A stretch of DNA of 63,385 bases, filler included, from Octopus bimaculoides (lineage: Eukaryota): the NCBI RefSeq assembly GCF_001194135.2. It is 5 parts of 4 records of this genome, joined end to end, with 100 filler letters (N's around TTAATTAATTAA, not from the genome) between each part and the next. Parts side by side here need not be neighbours in the genome. Positions count along the whole stretch, not along the records: positions 9,426 to 36,362 come from NC_068983.1; 4 more parts are not named here. One strand, written 5' to 3'. Positions 14,483 through 28,012 of the stretch are shown here, piece by piece. Each line of letters starts with the position of its first letter. The stretch's first letter is position 1. A model generated the notes under the pieces. It searched no databases. It saw only the letters and a list, made by a program, of their open reading frames with translations, and was not told where the DNA came from. Made by a program: the position numbers and the translations under genes.

Positions 14483-14640
14483 GACGGGCTTCTTTCAGTT
14501 TCCGTCTACCAAATACACTCACATGGCTTTGGTCGGCCTGAGGCTACAGTAGAAGACACTTGCCCAAAGTGCCACACAATGGGACCGAACCCGGAACCAT
14601 GTAGTTGGTAAGCAAGCTTCTTACCTCACAGCTCCGCCTG
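14250..14640 (-). mobile_element. SINE family A
   Basis: Reverse complement of the 45765-46185 copy, with internal (GATA)n. Confidence 0.85.
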
Positions 14641-15101
14641 AAGGATTGCTTTTCTAAATCTCTTCAGCATAATGATAAACCTATGCACAACATACAGAAT
14701 GCTACATATTAAATCGGGGTAGGGGTAGAATGTAGGTTAGTATGATGAACGTGGGTGTGATTGCGGTTAAAGGTGACAATGAATAGATCATTAATGTAAA
14801 TAACATAAGACGTAGGTGGAATGAATGATTTTAAGTAACATAGTTGGAGCTTTAATGTTGGTAAATAATTTAGTGCGTAGTTATGGTTACTATTAGTAGG
14901 TAACAGGTAGAATAGAAATATTTAAGTGGGCAAATTTGAAGCTTATCAATTCAAACGGCAACAGTTCGTTTTAAGAAAGTGATAATGTGAACTGTTCTCG
15001 AAAAAGTAAGTTAATATTGGCTTCAGTCCTTTTAGTATCGTCCCAAGGGTTGCTTGCACCCCTCCTACAACTTGGATTTCAGTACTCTTACAAATACAAG
15101 T

Positions 15102-15142
<41 letters not shown>

Positions 15143-16889
15143 NNNNNNNNNNNNNNNNNNNNNNNNNNNNNNNNNNNNNNNNNNNNNNNNNNNNNNNNNN
15201 NNNNNNNNNNNNNNNNNNNNNNNNNNNNNNNNNNNNNNNNNNNNNNNNNNNNNNNNNNNNNNNNNNNNNNNNNNNNNNNNNNNNNNNNNNNNNNNNNNNN
15301 NNNNNNNNNNNNNNNNNNNNNNNNNNNNNNNNNNNNNNNNNNNNNNNNNNNNNNNNNNNNNNNNNNNNNNNNNNNNNNNNNNNNNNNNNNNNNNNNNNNN
15401 NNNNNNNNNNNNNNNNNNNNNNNNNNNNNNNNNNNNNNNNNNNNNNNNNNNNNNNNNNNNNNNNNNNNNNNNNNNNNNNNNNNNNNNNNNNNNNNNNNNN
15501 NNNNNNNNNNNNNNNNNNNNNNNNNNNNNNNNNNNNNNNNNNNNNNNNNNNNNNNNNNNNNNNNNNNNNNNNNNNNNNNNNNNNNNNNNNNNNNNNNNNN
15601 NNNNNNNNNNNNNNNNNNNNNNNNNNNNNNNNNNNNNNNNNNNNNNNNNNNNNNNNNNNNNNNNNNNNNATCAGTTGATTGGTTCGGTGATATCGACTAA
15701 GACTAGATTCTCGCCCCTGGAAACTACTAGACTCGTGTTTAAATCGGAAATCCTTATATGCCGGTTGCTTCGAAGTTTATTATATTCCAGATATTCAGTA
15801 AATAATGTAAACTGATCCCTCCGTCGGGTTCGACGATGAGCAGTATTTCAGTTGTTCGATCAAAAGAACAACCTATTCGTTGCGTCAATGTGAATATGTC
15901 TGAGTATTCTACTGGCATTTGTATTTTTAATGTAATTCCCAAGCTGAATCAGCATAATATAATGTGTGACAAAAATTACCTTTCGTCCAACCGACAAACT
16001 TCTATACTGTTTAAAACTATCCAATTTCACTCACAATCCCTGAGTTGATCCGGGGCTGTGGTAAACAACATATATAAAAAAAACTATCAAAAGGACGGAT
16101 GAATCTAGTGTAGGTTCAACGACTGCCTCGCAATAGGACGCAATAGGCCCATAGAAATTCCGGGTTGATGTCCGGCGTGCTATTATACCACTGAGATTGA
16201 TGCACTCCTTAGCTTTTGTTAAAGTAGGTCTCTATAGCCCACTTCAAACACCAGGATACGTCTGCTCCGATAATCAGGTGACTTGGTCGGCGAATTCTCT
16301 GCGACAGTCGACTATCGACAAGATGAGCTGCTACGGATCTCACAACTCCAAAGTGTATATGCATGTGACTGGCGACCACATGTGAACTTGTATTCCCATT
16401 GAAACTCCGAACATGAACTCAACACCTCGACAGCCAATGATGACAATGGCTATGGCGTCCGCGCTATCCGACGCGCTTGCTCGTCCAGTAGGGCATTTTG
16501 CCATCGGATGTCAGCATTCGAGGAGAACGTAGTGAACTCGTTAGTCGGAGCTGACTTAACTCACCCTGGGTGAATGCCGGCGCAAGTACAAGTACAAAAA
16601 CGACATATATCCAAGGTACCTTTCAGTGGAGTTGAACCAAACACTCTATAACTCCGAAGCGAACGTCTTAGCCATCAACTATGCTTGTATCTCAGGTATC
16701 TAATGTGCGAGTTATTTCTCATAATTTATACAACTCGGGATAAGTATTAGACTACCCACAGTTATTAGAATAACAAATAGAATATTTATTACAATGTCGA
16801 GTTATAAGAGTATTGTCGTTGTATAAGTCCCTGCCTAGGGATGAATCACAAATGCGAGAGTTGGTATCTCGTCTTTGTTATTCAACTCT

Positions 16890-17290
16890 GTAAAGGCGCG
16901 TGACAAAGTGGTTAGGTTATGCGGCTCAAGATCGTGAGTTCGATATCTGGTGACACGTTGTGTCCTTGAGCATGGCACTTTATTTCATGTTGCTCCAGTC
17001 CACTCAGCTGGCAAAAAATAAGTAGTACCTGTAATTCAAAGAGCCAACCTTGTCACATTCTATGTCAGTTGGTATCTCCTCTTAAGGGTATACGTGTCTG
17101 TGTAGTGCTCAGTCACTTGCGCATTAATTTCAAGAGCAAGCTGTTCCACTGATCGAACCTAGAACGCGTGTTTGTGGAGTGTTTAGCCATTTGCACGTTA
17201 ATTTCACAAGCAGGCTGTTCCGTTCATCGGATCAACTGGAACATTTGTAGTCGTAACTGATGGAGTGCCTGTTGTACAACACTTCGGCAC
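16890..17290 (+). mobile_element. SINE family B
   Basis: gtggttagg...ttgagcatggcactttatttcatgttgctccagtccactcagctggcaaaaa as in the 41823 copy. Confidence 0.7.
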
Positions 17291-17945
17291 CGGTTATGTA
17301 AGAGAAGAGCTAATTCAAGTAATTACAAAACAAGTGGAAAAAGGGGTGGAACACTGAAAATGACAAGTGATTTGATGTCCAACAATAATGAGACCGTATT
17401 TTTCAAAATTCAGTAAGGGTTTGTAACTCATGTATCGTGCTTGGGATGTTTTGCGAGAAATAAAATGAGAGGTCGTTACAATCAGGACTTTCCCAAGAAC
17501 GTTATAAAGGATATAAATCATGTAAAACAGCTCCAAACAGAAATCGATTAAGGGTAACAGACACATTAATTATAGAAACTGAAAACGTATTTTCGACCAT
17601 TTGTCTACTTCGAAGATTTTTAATTGTAAAGGTGGAAAGAATTTGACTGAAATACGATGTAAGATTTTATTGGTGCTGGAAGTCATTAGCGTAGATTAAA
17701 AGAGATTAAAACTACGCTGAATCTCACTTTCAAAGTTCTTCATTTAACGGTCCAAAGGGTCTTTTGCCTCCCATGAGTCATTTGAAAACTCTGATGAAAC
17801 TCTGTGCATTCTTAATGAGGAAGGGGTTTTACTTCTGATGACGAAGCAGGGGCGTGTCTTGAGTATTTTAAACTTGGTGAAACCCAACCCATTCCAGCTT
17901 TGATATAGNNNNNNNNNNNNNNNNNNNNNNNNNNNNNNNNNNNNN

Positions 17946-17991
<46 letters not shown>

Positions 17992-18439
17992 CCCAGTACT
18001 TGACTCATACTTTATTAATGGATCCAAAAAGGATAAAAATGTAATGTTAACATCGGTGGGATTAGAACTCAAAGAGCCAGACCGATTTTACAAAACATTC
18101 TAGTCAACGCTCTAACAACTCTACCAACTCGATTTCTTCTCGTAAAGGATTATTTCAGCATTCCAAACACCAACAACAACAGTTTCATCCAACAACAGTA
18201 ATCACAAACACCAACAACTGTGCTAGCGAGTAATTCTCTACCTGGCCTCACGGTCTGCTAGAAATAGCAGTCGAACATCACTGAAATCACATGAAAATAC
18301 AATAACTTTAGTTACTCCTACTATGTCTTACCTTCCAGACTGCACTAGACATTTCACCAATTTTTCTTCCCAGAACTACAGTCTCCCGGATCTCTCTTTC
18401 TGTGTACATTTTCCCTAAAAGTGTAAAACTGTGGCAGTT

Positions 18440-18660
18440 GAAATATTGATTCCAAATTTTGGCCCAAGGCCAGTAATTTCGAGGGAGGAGCTAAGTCGAT
18501 TGCATCGACCCCAATGTTCAGTTAGTACTTAATTTAGCGACCCCGAAAATATGAAAAGCAAAGTCGACCTCAGAATTTGAACTCAGAACGTAAAGACAAC
18601 GTAAATACCGCTAAGTATTTTACCCGGCGTGCTAACGATTCTGCCAGTTCGCCGCCTGGG
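18440..18660 (-). mobile_element. SINE family C (Meta/MESC-like core)
   Basis: Reverse complement of gagttcaaattc...gtcgactttgc..ttcat..tttcggggtcg. Confidence 0.75.
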
Positions 18661-18661
18661 A

Positions 18662-18943
<282 letters not shown>

Positions 18944-19712
18944 TGCAAAGTAAAAAGTAGAGCACAGAAATTGCTTTTGAGCCCAAATAACGCTAGATTT
19001 GGCAATAATTGTTATCCCTTCGGGGGTCGATAAGATAAGAACTATTAAATATCCCGTTGACTTTACCTCGATCTCCTACAAATATCAGACGTGTTCTAAA
19101 CTAAAAAAGAAATCAAAATTTTTATATGATGTTCTATAAATAAATTTTAAAATGTAGTTTCAACTGCATAATATTTTAAATCTTTTTTTATTTTTTTAAT
19201 ATTTTTCTAATTTGTAACACGGGTTCCTAGAGACACATTGTTTCGAAAAACATTGATTTAACAAATGATATTTAAATGCCATTTCCATGATTCACTAAAA
19301 TATTGACTTTAATCCGTGCATTGTCATTAGTATCGCTACATATAGTGCTGGAAATGCGAATCAAACGGTATTCAGTAGTTGTTCAGATCGGACAATAAAA
19401 TTAACAACTATAATGTAAGGGAAGTAACTCGGATTGAACAGTCAATGTTCTCCATACTCTATATGTGGTGACTTCATAGTTTTAGTGGTCGGCAAAGCTT
19501 ATAATTGTCGATTTTCTACAGATTAAAAAGACATTTTGTATTTAAGGTTCTTTCAACATAGGTCAAGTCTATTCTTGATAGACTTGATTTTTGTTTCTAT
19601 TGCGAAAGTGTTCTGTCTAGTCAGCTTGTTGCATTGTTTCTTAAACAATTTCTATAATATGCCACTTGTTGGTTGACAGAACTCCAACATACTGTCTTTT
19701 TTAAAGGTCTTA

Positions 19713-19771
<59 letters not shown>

Positions 19772-21129
19772 CAGGCATATTTCGTTTCTCCCGTCCTTCG
19801 TCTGTGCAGATAAATCGAATACATATGGCTAGTCCTTTATGCTGTAATTAATTCAATTACTTTCCTTTGCAAATAATTTTTTGTAAGAATCCAATCCTTG
19901 ATTAAGCTTGCTTCCCAAAGAATACTACATCGTTCGAGTTCTTGGAGAGAAAATTAGGCAGTTTTTTTTATCGCTTCCCACGAAAAATGATATTTATTGT
20001 TCAAGGAACTGTGTTAGATTTCTTGATTGCAGTTTCAATATGTTTATAGAAACAAAAATCCTTATCCTAAACAACATCGTATCTTGTTCCTTTTCTTCTG
20101 TTTCAACCATACGATCTTTCATTTTATAGAAACATTTCAGATACCTTTGTCTTCATTATCTGTCAAATACTATAAGTTAATCGGGTAGGCTTATATATGT
20201 GCATTGGTACTAACTTCTGATAAACAATTAAATATATGTCTATTTATCTCATTTGTCAGTCTACCTCTCTCCTCATTTATTTATCATATATGTATCTCTG
20301 CTTAGCTATTGTTTATCTATCAATCTGCTGATTTATTTATTCATTTATTTCTATGCCTTTCTACTTATCTTTATAGGGTTTACTGAAAATCTCTCGAAAA
20401 TAGATTCTCTCAACATAAGCACACATTCAGTCACTCAAAAAGACACCACACTATCCAGATATATGTAAGATGATAAAATTGACGATTGGTCCATTGCAAA
20501 ACACGCATCCACCCCCTCTCATGAAGAAGCATGACATCTTTTACATCCTTTTGCAATCTCGAAAAACACAGACTTACTAAATGTTGTCGGAGTGTGCTAG
20601 ACAAGCCACTGTAAACTCTAAGCACAACAAATTAAACATAATGATTTGGGGTGGAGAAAAGAAAGTTGTACAGGAGTACAAATCAGTTGTCCAACAAATA
20701 TCCACAAAATGTTGAAGAAAGAACAAAACGAAAGCATCTATGCTAAACTAATGAAAACCAGCATAAACTAGCCCCAGTCTATCACTTTAGATTTATACCT
20801 GTAATTATTGGGGTGCTTAGTTATATGTCTAACGGCCTCGGCGCCAATCCTGAAAGGTTAGACTTCACAAAATCACAATGACCACGGTTAATTAGGAAAG
20901 CCATTGTGAAAACATGTAAAACATTCCAGAAATTTAGATTATAACAAAAGTATATAACCTACAGCTGTTGAAGAGGAAAATCAAACGTATCGATCTCATT
21001 GGTCTCAGAGGGTCTGCGAGATCCTATATGTACAGTCCTTTCTTTCTTCTGTACCAAATCAATTTAAAAACAAAAACGATATTGAGAATTAGACATTTTT
21101 TTTCTTTTACTTCCATTTCCTTACTCTTC

Positions 21130-21308
21130 AATTTCAAATTTTGGCACAAGGTCAGCAATTTCAGAGGGTAAGTCGATTACATCAACCCCATGCTCAACTG
21201 GTACTTATTTTTTTGACCCCGAAAAATGAAAGGCAAAGTTGACCTCGGCGGAATTTGAACCCACAATCGTTTTGTCCGGTCTGCTAACGATTCTTTGCCA
21301 GCTCACCG
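21130..21308 (-). mobile_element. SINE family C
   Basis: gaccccgaaaaatgaaaggcaaagttgacctcggcggaatttgaac. Confidence 0.75.
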
Positions 21309-21744
21309 AATGATGAAAATTATGATCAGGAAGATAGTTATGATGGTGATGTTAATGTAGTTTTGTTTGTTTGTTTGGTTTTTTTTTGTTTGTTTGTTTT
21401 TTTCTACATTCATGCACACGAATAGCTCTCCATCATCATCATGACCACTATCATCATCAACACTACCACCACCATCAACATCATCATCACCACAGTTCAG
21501 AGTTACCGGAGAAGACATTCTTCGGAGCCGCTTTAGCAGCATTATAGGTCATCGGGAAAATCACTGCACTGAACCTATAGTATATATTTATGTACATTAA
21601 GCCACAGCATATATAGATCAGAAATGGGTCCCCATCGTAAGATCCCCATCCCGAACAAGTACCCAGTGTTCCCATACCTTAAGATGACACTGACAATCTT
21701 TCTATTACATCACATGGAGTATCTCCGTGTTGGTTCAACTAAGA

Positions 21745-21997
21745 CATCGGTTCTCAACCATTTTTTACCTATGGACCTCTTTGATTCCTATTATACCCTA
21801 CTGAATCTCCATAGCCATTTGATGTATGCAAAAAAAAACCTACTCTATTTTTATAGTTAAATATTATTAGGAACTGTATAAAAAAATTTTAATATTTTGT
21901 GTATTGTAGAAGTATAAGCAATTTACTACACATAAATTTTAACACCAAAATCTTATATGGACTCCCAAGGGCCATATGGTCATCGGTTGAGAACCAA
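21745..21997. mobile_element. hAT/Charlie-like MITE
   Basis: catcggttctcaacc ... ggttgagaacc inverted termini. Confidence 0.7.
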
Positions 21998-22044
21998 GCA
22001 CTTGAATGTTTCAATTGGAGTTAAACCCCACCACTACCATCCAG

Positions 22045-22209
22045 AAAAAAGACAAACACACACTACATTCTGATTTCCTTAAAAAGAGAACCAGTGAATT
22101 CGTGATACCCGACCCACCACCTTACGATCCCGGTATTGACTCAATGTCAGTTTCTAGCATTAGAACAGATGCGTTGGAACTTTTAGCTCGCAGTAGTTGT
22201 GGAATTTAA
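22045..22209 (+). CDS. Possible terminal exon (KKDKHTLHSDFLKKRTSEFVIPDPPPYDPGIDSMSVSSIRTDALELLARSSCGI*)
   Basis: 54 open codons of non-repetitive, protein-like composition with a PPPY motif; acceptor is weak. Confidence 0.2.
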   Translation, partial: KKDKHTLHSDFLKKRTSEFVIPDPPPYDPGIDSMSVSSIRTDALELLARSSCGI

Positions 22210-23053
22210 CTGTCCTCCACTCGTTGCTCTGCTTTGATTTACAATAGAGGGTTCTTTTATCTGTTATCATTTACTTGTTTCAGTCATTTTTGACTGAATT
22301 CATGCTGAGGCACTGCCTTGAAGGACTTTAGTCGAACAAATCGCCCCCAGGACTTATTTTTTAAAGCCTGGTACTTATTCTAAAACTTATTCCAAATGCT
22401 TGCACAATAGTGAACTCCGCTAAAAGCACCCAAAGTGTCAAGAGGTAGTGCCATCTTAAGGCATAGGCACACTGGGCACTTGCCCGGGGGACTCATAGAT
22501 CTAGGAGCCCGATTATGATCTACGAATGTTGTGGCTTACACTCTAGGGCTCACAGCAGATGGTGTTAAACCGGGCGACGGATTATAGAATAAAATTAATT
22601 GTAAAAATAACAAGATAATTTTTTTTTTAAATAATAATTTTTAAAATTATATAAAATATAAACAAATGTAAAACTAAATCAACTAAATCTAAGAACGTAT
22701 TAAAAACTATTAGATACGTTATTGTTTGGTCTCGCTGTTCTGCATGCACCTCATGAATTATTAAAACTCAGGCAGAATACCAGAAAAATTAAAACAGTAC
22801 GGGAGAGTAAAAATAATACCAGTAATAAACCCTGTGTTTTTGTTGTTGTTTTTTTTTTTTACTTCTCATTTTCTCTTTTTAATAGTAAAACATCATTCAA
22901 AAACATTAATCAATAGAACAATAAAGTTGTCATCTTTGAAAAGTTTTAAGAGAAAGTTTTCAAAAAAGTTTTTTTAATGCGAAACTAAGGCTTTTTCTTT
23001 TCCTTGAAGTTTGAGAAATCCTTAACAACAACAAATATTTGAATTAAGCGTGT

Positions 23054-23189
23054 ATGATGGAGACAGCTTGTTCACACTCCGAATTGGATTATCGAATAAA
23101 ACAATGGGAGAAAAAATTGAGAGATTTATCGTTAGAAATTGTGAAATCTGGCAATAAAAAAATCCCTTGTCTGTTATTGCAAGTTAAAA
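23054..23189 (+). CDS. IQCB1: IQCB1/NPHP5 orthologue, coding exon 1 (MMETACSHSELDYRIKQWEKKLRDLSLEIVKSGNKKIPCLLLQVK)
   Basis: In-frame TAA 9 nt upstream of the ATG; phase-1 donor A|gtaagt; LRDLSLEIVKSGNKKIPCLLLQVK resembles the human IQCB1 ILSIAAEVAKSPEQNVPVILLKLK (recalled); probable acceptor at 23009 implies an upstream UTR exon. Confidence 0.8.
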
Positions 23190-23724
23190 GTAAGTTTGAA
23201 ATTGTGTCTATTTTTTAGCGACAGATTAACTGTTGCTTTCGAACCAGTTTATATATTGTGATAAGTCTGCTGATCTTTAAATATGATATAATATTTGATA
23301 TATATATATATATATATATATATTAGACACACACACAAAATGCATATACACTGCTTATAGTTTATATTCACTTTATATTTTGTAATGATCCATATGTCAA
23401 AGTCTTTCATCGTACACAGCATCGACAGACATTAAAATAACTTATAACAATTTGTTAGAAAATTGGTTAAAAATCGGTAGCAAGTGGAAGTTCCAGTATT
23501 ATTACAGACTTATGCTCTCAATACGTATCATACGATAGGTACTATATTTATTACTTTTATTTATCTCAAGTTATTTTGGCAACATTTTTTATTTTTTTCG
23601 TTTTGTATCACGATTAAAAAAACAAACACAAAAGAAAATATAAAGTTTATAACAGAAAGGTTGTCAACGTGGGGAGACTGAAAAACGATAACAAATGACT
23701 GCATAAGACTACAGCAGCTGGTTG

Positions 23725-23738
23725 GTTACCATAGCAGC
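23725..23738 (+). promoter_or_regulatory. Candidate RFX X-box (GTTACCATAGCAGC) flanked by two CAGCTG E-boxes
   Basis: One mismatch to GTNRCC-AT-RGYAAC; lies ~535 nt after the first coding exon of a ciliary gene. Confidence 0.45.
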
Positions 23739-24519
23739 TGTATGGCGCTATATGTTAATTTTTAGCTAAGAAAGTAGAAAGACCAGCAGTATTTGATTAT
23801 AGCGTGCCACTTCCACTAGATCGAAATCCATGAATTTTCAACTTTTTTTCTGTCCGCGATACACTAAACAACATACAAAAAGTGTCACGACAGACTATTA
23901 GCTTTTAAAAAGTTTTATAACTTTTACTTATTTTAGTCATTTGACTGAGGCTATGCTGGAGCATCGCCTCTTTTTTTTAAGCTTGGTGCCTATTCTATCG
24001 TTTCTTTTGCCGAACTGCTAATTTATGGGAACAAAGATACAAGTTGATAGATAAATAGGTGGAGGTAAAGAATACGCATACCACCCGTTTTCGGCGTAAC
24101 CTTAACCATAAACCTAACCCTAACCGCCGAAATCTTCGCAGATAGAACGTGCTTCTTTCAGTTCCCCTCTACCAAATCCTTCCACAAACCTTTGGTCAAC
24201 CCAAGGTACCACGCAATGGGACCGCCCCCTTTACCATGCGATTGGGAAGCAAACTTCTCACCACACAATCATACCTTTATAATTCTTGTTGCTTTTAGCG
24301 ATTATTAAAAACTGTTTTAAAACGGAAATGAATGCATGCATTGCACTCTGCCAGAAAGAAAACTAACATACATTCCTATAACAATCTGATAGTCACATTT
24401 AGGAGAATGTAACTGTATCAGACAGTATTTTTGTTTGTTTATTTTCATTGGAGGTTATGATTGATTTCTAACAGATCGAGCAACTGAATAGAGGTTCCAT
24501 CGCAGGGTAAAATAGTTTA

Positions 24520-24720
24520 GCTTTTTTACCAATCTCTCCTCTTCTGAGGATTGAATGCTGGAACTGTGTCAACACCTGCACTTCTAACACCCATTTCAGC
24601 CTCCTGCGTTCCATCTCTTGGATAAGAGCCAAGGTACTTAAATTTCTTCACTTGCCTCAGTAACATGCAGACTGCACTGGGAAGGCTTTCTTGAGAGAAC
24701 CAATGTCTCATTCTTCACAG
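24520..24720 (-). mobile_element. Degenerate RTE (Rex3/Expander-like) RT fragment
   Basis: VKKFKYLGS...DGTQEAEMGVR resembles the RTE FKYLG...EIDARI region. Confidence 0.5.
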
Positions 24721-25129
24721 CACCAATTCTTATCTCTGCTTTACAGCACTTGGCAGCAAACCCGTTCAGTCCATGCTGGAGATCAGCTTCTGATGAGCCA
24801 AGTAGCACCATGTTATCTGCAAATATCAGCCACTGATCCTACATTAGCTGATTGTAATACCTCTTACATAACAGAAGTGGGATTTTGTATGTCAATCCAG
24901 TTCTTAAAAATTAAGTAAAGTCAAACACCTACATTGAAAAGCTTCAACTTAGTACCAAGTAACATCACTTCATAGACCCTTCAGAGGACCTGCATTTTGG
25001 CTGCTTGTATTCATATCCATATTCTTTCAGTTATTACCCAAGATTTCCCTTCTTTTTGTGGACATGAGGTGCAACTAGGATTGAAAACTAACTCAAAGTG
25101 ATTGAAGTCAATGGCAATTGAAGTGCTCA

Positions 25130-25660
25130 GATATAGCAAGGTCACTGAAGATGATGAAATTTGACCTGAGATGCTAAAAGTCTTATGTGGAGAAGGTATT
25201 CTCTGACTGAGTCATGTATGCCAAGTCACTTGGACCTCTGGAAAGACACCAAAGAAATGGCATTCCATGGGGATAATCCCAATTTCCAAAAAGGCAGCTA
25301 AGAGAGAGTACACTAATTATAGAGGTATTTCCTTGTTGAGCCATCCCAATAACGTCTACACTAAGTGTCTAGAAAAGAGATGTAGAGAAATTGTCAAGCC
25401 AAGCTTTCTGATGAACAGTGTGGCTTCCATCCTGGATGCAGCATAACTGATCAAATATTCACTCTGCAGCAGGTCTTTCATATGGGGATATTGTCAAGAG
25501 ATGCATACTCGTTTTGTAGATCTCAAAAGGGCATGTGACCAAGGGACATGCTGTGAATGATTTTACTAGAGTTTAGAATTTATAGACAACTTTTGGCTGT
25601 CATGAAGTCCCTACATGAATGCCCAGAGATTTGTGTTCAGGTAACTGGGAGTGAACATAT
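25130..25660 (+). mobile_element. Degenerate RTE (Rex3/Expander-like) RT N-terminal fragment
   Basis: PEMLK..., IIPISKK, NYRGISLLSHP, EQCGFHPGCSITDQIFTLQQ motifs with stops and frameshifts. Confidence 0.75.
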
Positions 25661-25696
25661 AACATATTTTCTATGACAATATTATACTATTTCCTA

Positions 25697-27400
25697 AGGC
25701 GGTGAGCTGGCAGAAACGTTAGCACGCCAGGCGAAATGCTTAGCGGTATTTCATCTGCCACTACGTTCCGAGTTCAAATTCCGCCGAGGTTGACTTTGCA
25801 TTTCATCCTTTCGGGGCCGATTAAATAAGTACCGGTTACGCACTGGGGTCGATATAATCAACTTAATCTGTTTGTCTGTCCTTGTTTGTCCCCTCTGTGT
25901 GTAGCCCCTTGTGGGCAGTAAAGAAATAAGAAACGTTAGCATGTCGGGTAAAATGCTTAGTGGTATTTCATCTGTCTTTACGTTCTGAGTTCAAATTCTG
26001 CCAAGGTCGACTTTGCCTTTCATCCTTTCGGGGTTGATAAATTAAGTATCAGTTGCATACTGGGATCGATCTAATTGACTGGCCCCCTCCCCAAAAATTT
26101 CGGGCCTTGTGCCTAGACTACAAAAGAATGATTAGCATACCAAACAAATTACTTAATGACATTTCATCCCTTTCGGAGTTGATAAATTAAGTACCAGTTG
26201 AGTATTGGAGTCGATCTTATCAACCTATCCCTCCCCTGAAATTGTTGGCCTTGTGCCAAAACTTAAAAGCAATATTATACTATCTTCTTAGGCATCAAGC
26301 TGGCAGAATCATTAGCATGCCAAGCAAAATGCTTAGTGACATTTTGTCCATCTTTACATTCTAAGTTCAAATTCTACGAGGTTTTTGGGGGTTGATAAAA
26401 TAAGTACCAGTGGTATACAGGCGGTGGGAGGGATCTAATCGACTTACTCTCTCCCCAAAAATTGCTGGCCTTATGCCAACATTTGAAGCCAATATTATAC
26501 TATTCCTTGTGTTGTAGGTTGGTAGAATCATTAAGCCATTAGACAATATTCTTTGCAGTATTTAGTAAGTAATTGTTTTTTATATTCAGTTCAAATCCCA
26601 CCTAGATCAGCTTTGTTTTTCATCCAGGATCAGTTAAATAAAGTGTTACTGGAGTTGATTTACTCAACCATTCCCTTCCCCAAAATTTGTATCTTTGTGT
26701 CAATATTAGAAATCACTTATACAAATATTGGTTTCAAATTTTAGCTAAAGGCCAGCAATTTAAAGGGAGGGGGTTATATCAAGCCCAATATCCAATTGGT
26801 ACTTATTTCATCGACCCCAAAAGGATGAATGGCAAAGTCTACCCAGGTAGAATTTAAACTCAACGTAAAGACATGAAATGCTTAGCAGCATTTCACTTGG
26901 CATGGTAACAACTCTGCCAGCTCACTAGCTAATCAGTTATACAATATTACAATCCCTTCAAGGCTGTGAGCTGGCAGAAACGTTAGCACGCTGGGCGAAA
27001 TGCTTAGCGGTATTACGTCTGCCGTTACGTTCTGAGTTCAAATTCCGCCGAGGTCGACTTTGCCTTTCATCCTTTCGGGGTCGATAAATTAAGTACCAGT
27101 TACGCACTGGGGTCGATGTAATCGACTTAATCCGTTTGTCTGTCCTTGTTTTTCCCCTCTATGTTTAGCCCCTTGTGGGCAATAAAGAGATAAGAAACGT
27201 TAGCACACCAGGCAAAATGCTTAGCGGTATTTCGTCTGTCTTTATATTCTGAGTTCAAATTCCATTGAGGTTGACTTTGCCTTTCATCCTTTCAGGGCCA
27301 ATAAATTAGGTACCAGTTGCATAATGGGGGGGGGTCTAATCAACTGGCCCCCTTCCCAAAAATTTCGGGCTTTGTGCCTAGAGTAGAAAAGAATATTATA
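25697..27400 (+). mobile_element. Tandem cluster of ~8 SINE family C units (7 forward, 1 reverse) in IQCB1 intron 1
   Basis: Repeated ttcatcctttcgggg..gataaattaagtaccag cores; the dimeric unit 25697-26130 is repeated at 26962-27390. Confidence 0.85.
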
Positions 27401-27419
27401 CTATTTCTTAATCTTACAG

Positions 27420-27579
27420 GTTATTTGGATGATGAACAACTCCACACGAAAGAATATCCAGCCATTAAGAAGTTACTATGGAAATATAAATTCTTCCAGG
27501 CAATCCTTGTATTTCTAAAACGAGATTACAGGGTTGATGGAGGATGGACAACAGCAACGAAACTTTCGAAACTTCTCAG
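27420..27579 (+). CDS. IQCB1: IQCB1/NPHP5 orthologue, coding exon 2 (YLDDEQLHTKEYPAIKKLLWKYKFFQAILVFLKRDYRVDGGWTTATKLSKLL)
   Basis: cttacag acceptor, AG|gtaaaa donor, phase 1 to 2; DYRVDGGWTT matches human DYSRIQGGWTT (recalled). Confidence 0.88.
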
Positions 27580-27599
27580 GTAAAATTAAGCTTATCTTT

Positions 27600-28012
27600 T
27601 ACTTGTTTCAGTCATTGGATTGTAGCCATGCTGGGGCACCACCTTGAAGGGTTTGGTCAAGCAGATTGATCCAAGTACTTGCTTTTTTTAAAGCTTGGTA
27701 TTTATTCTGTCAGTCTCTTTTGCCAGATTTCTAAGTTACTGAGACATAAACAAACCAACACCAGCTGTCAAGCAGTTGTTTGGGACAAATACAAACACAC
27801 ACAGACACACACATACGTGTGTGTATTTATATACACAAACACACACACATACGCAAAATAGGCTTCTCTCAGTTTTCATGTACCAAATCCGATTGCAAGA
27901 CTTTGATTGACCCAGGGCTATAGTAGAAGACACTTGCCCAAGGTACTGCACTACAGGACTGAACCCAATACCACATGGTTGGGAAGTGAGCTTCTTAACC
28001 ACACAGCCACAG
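27600..28012 (-). mobile_element. SINE family A
   Basis: Reverse complement of the family A consensus seen at 45765. Confidence 0.8.

Noticed and set aside
18332-18414. Minus-strand exon-like segment KMYTEREIRETVVLGRKIGEMSSAVWK, reminiscent of kinase subdomain I (would suggest a receptor-kinase fusion)
   Set aside because: Lacks the GxGxxG glycines, no downstream kinase exon was found, and it may be repeat-derived; unsupported without a search
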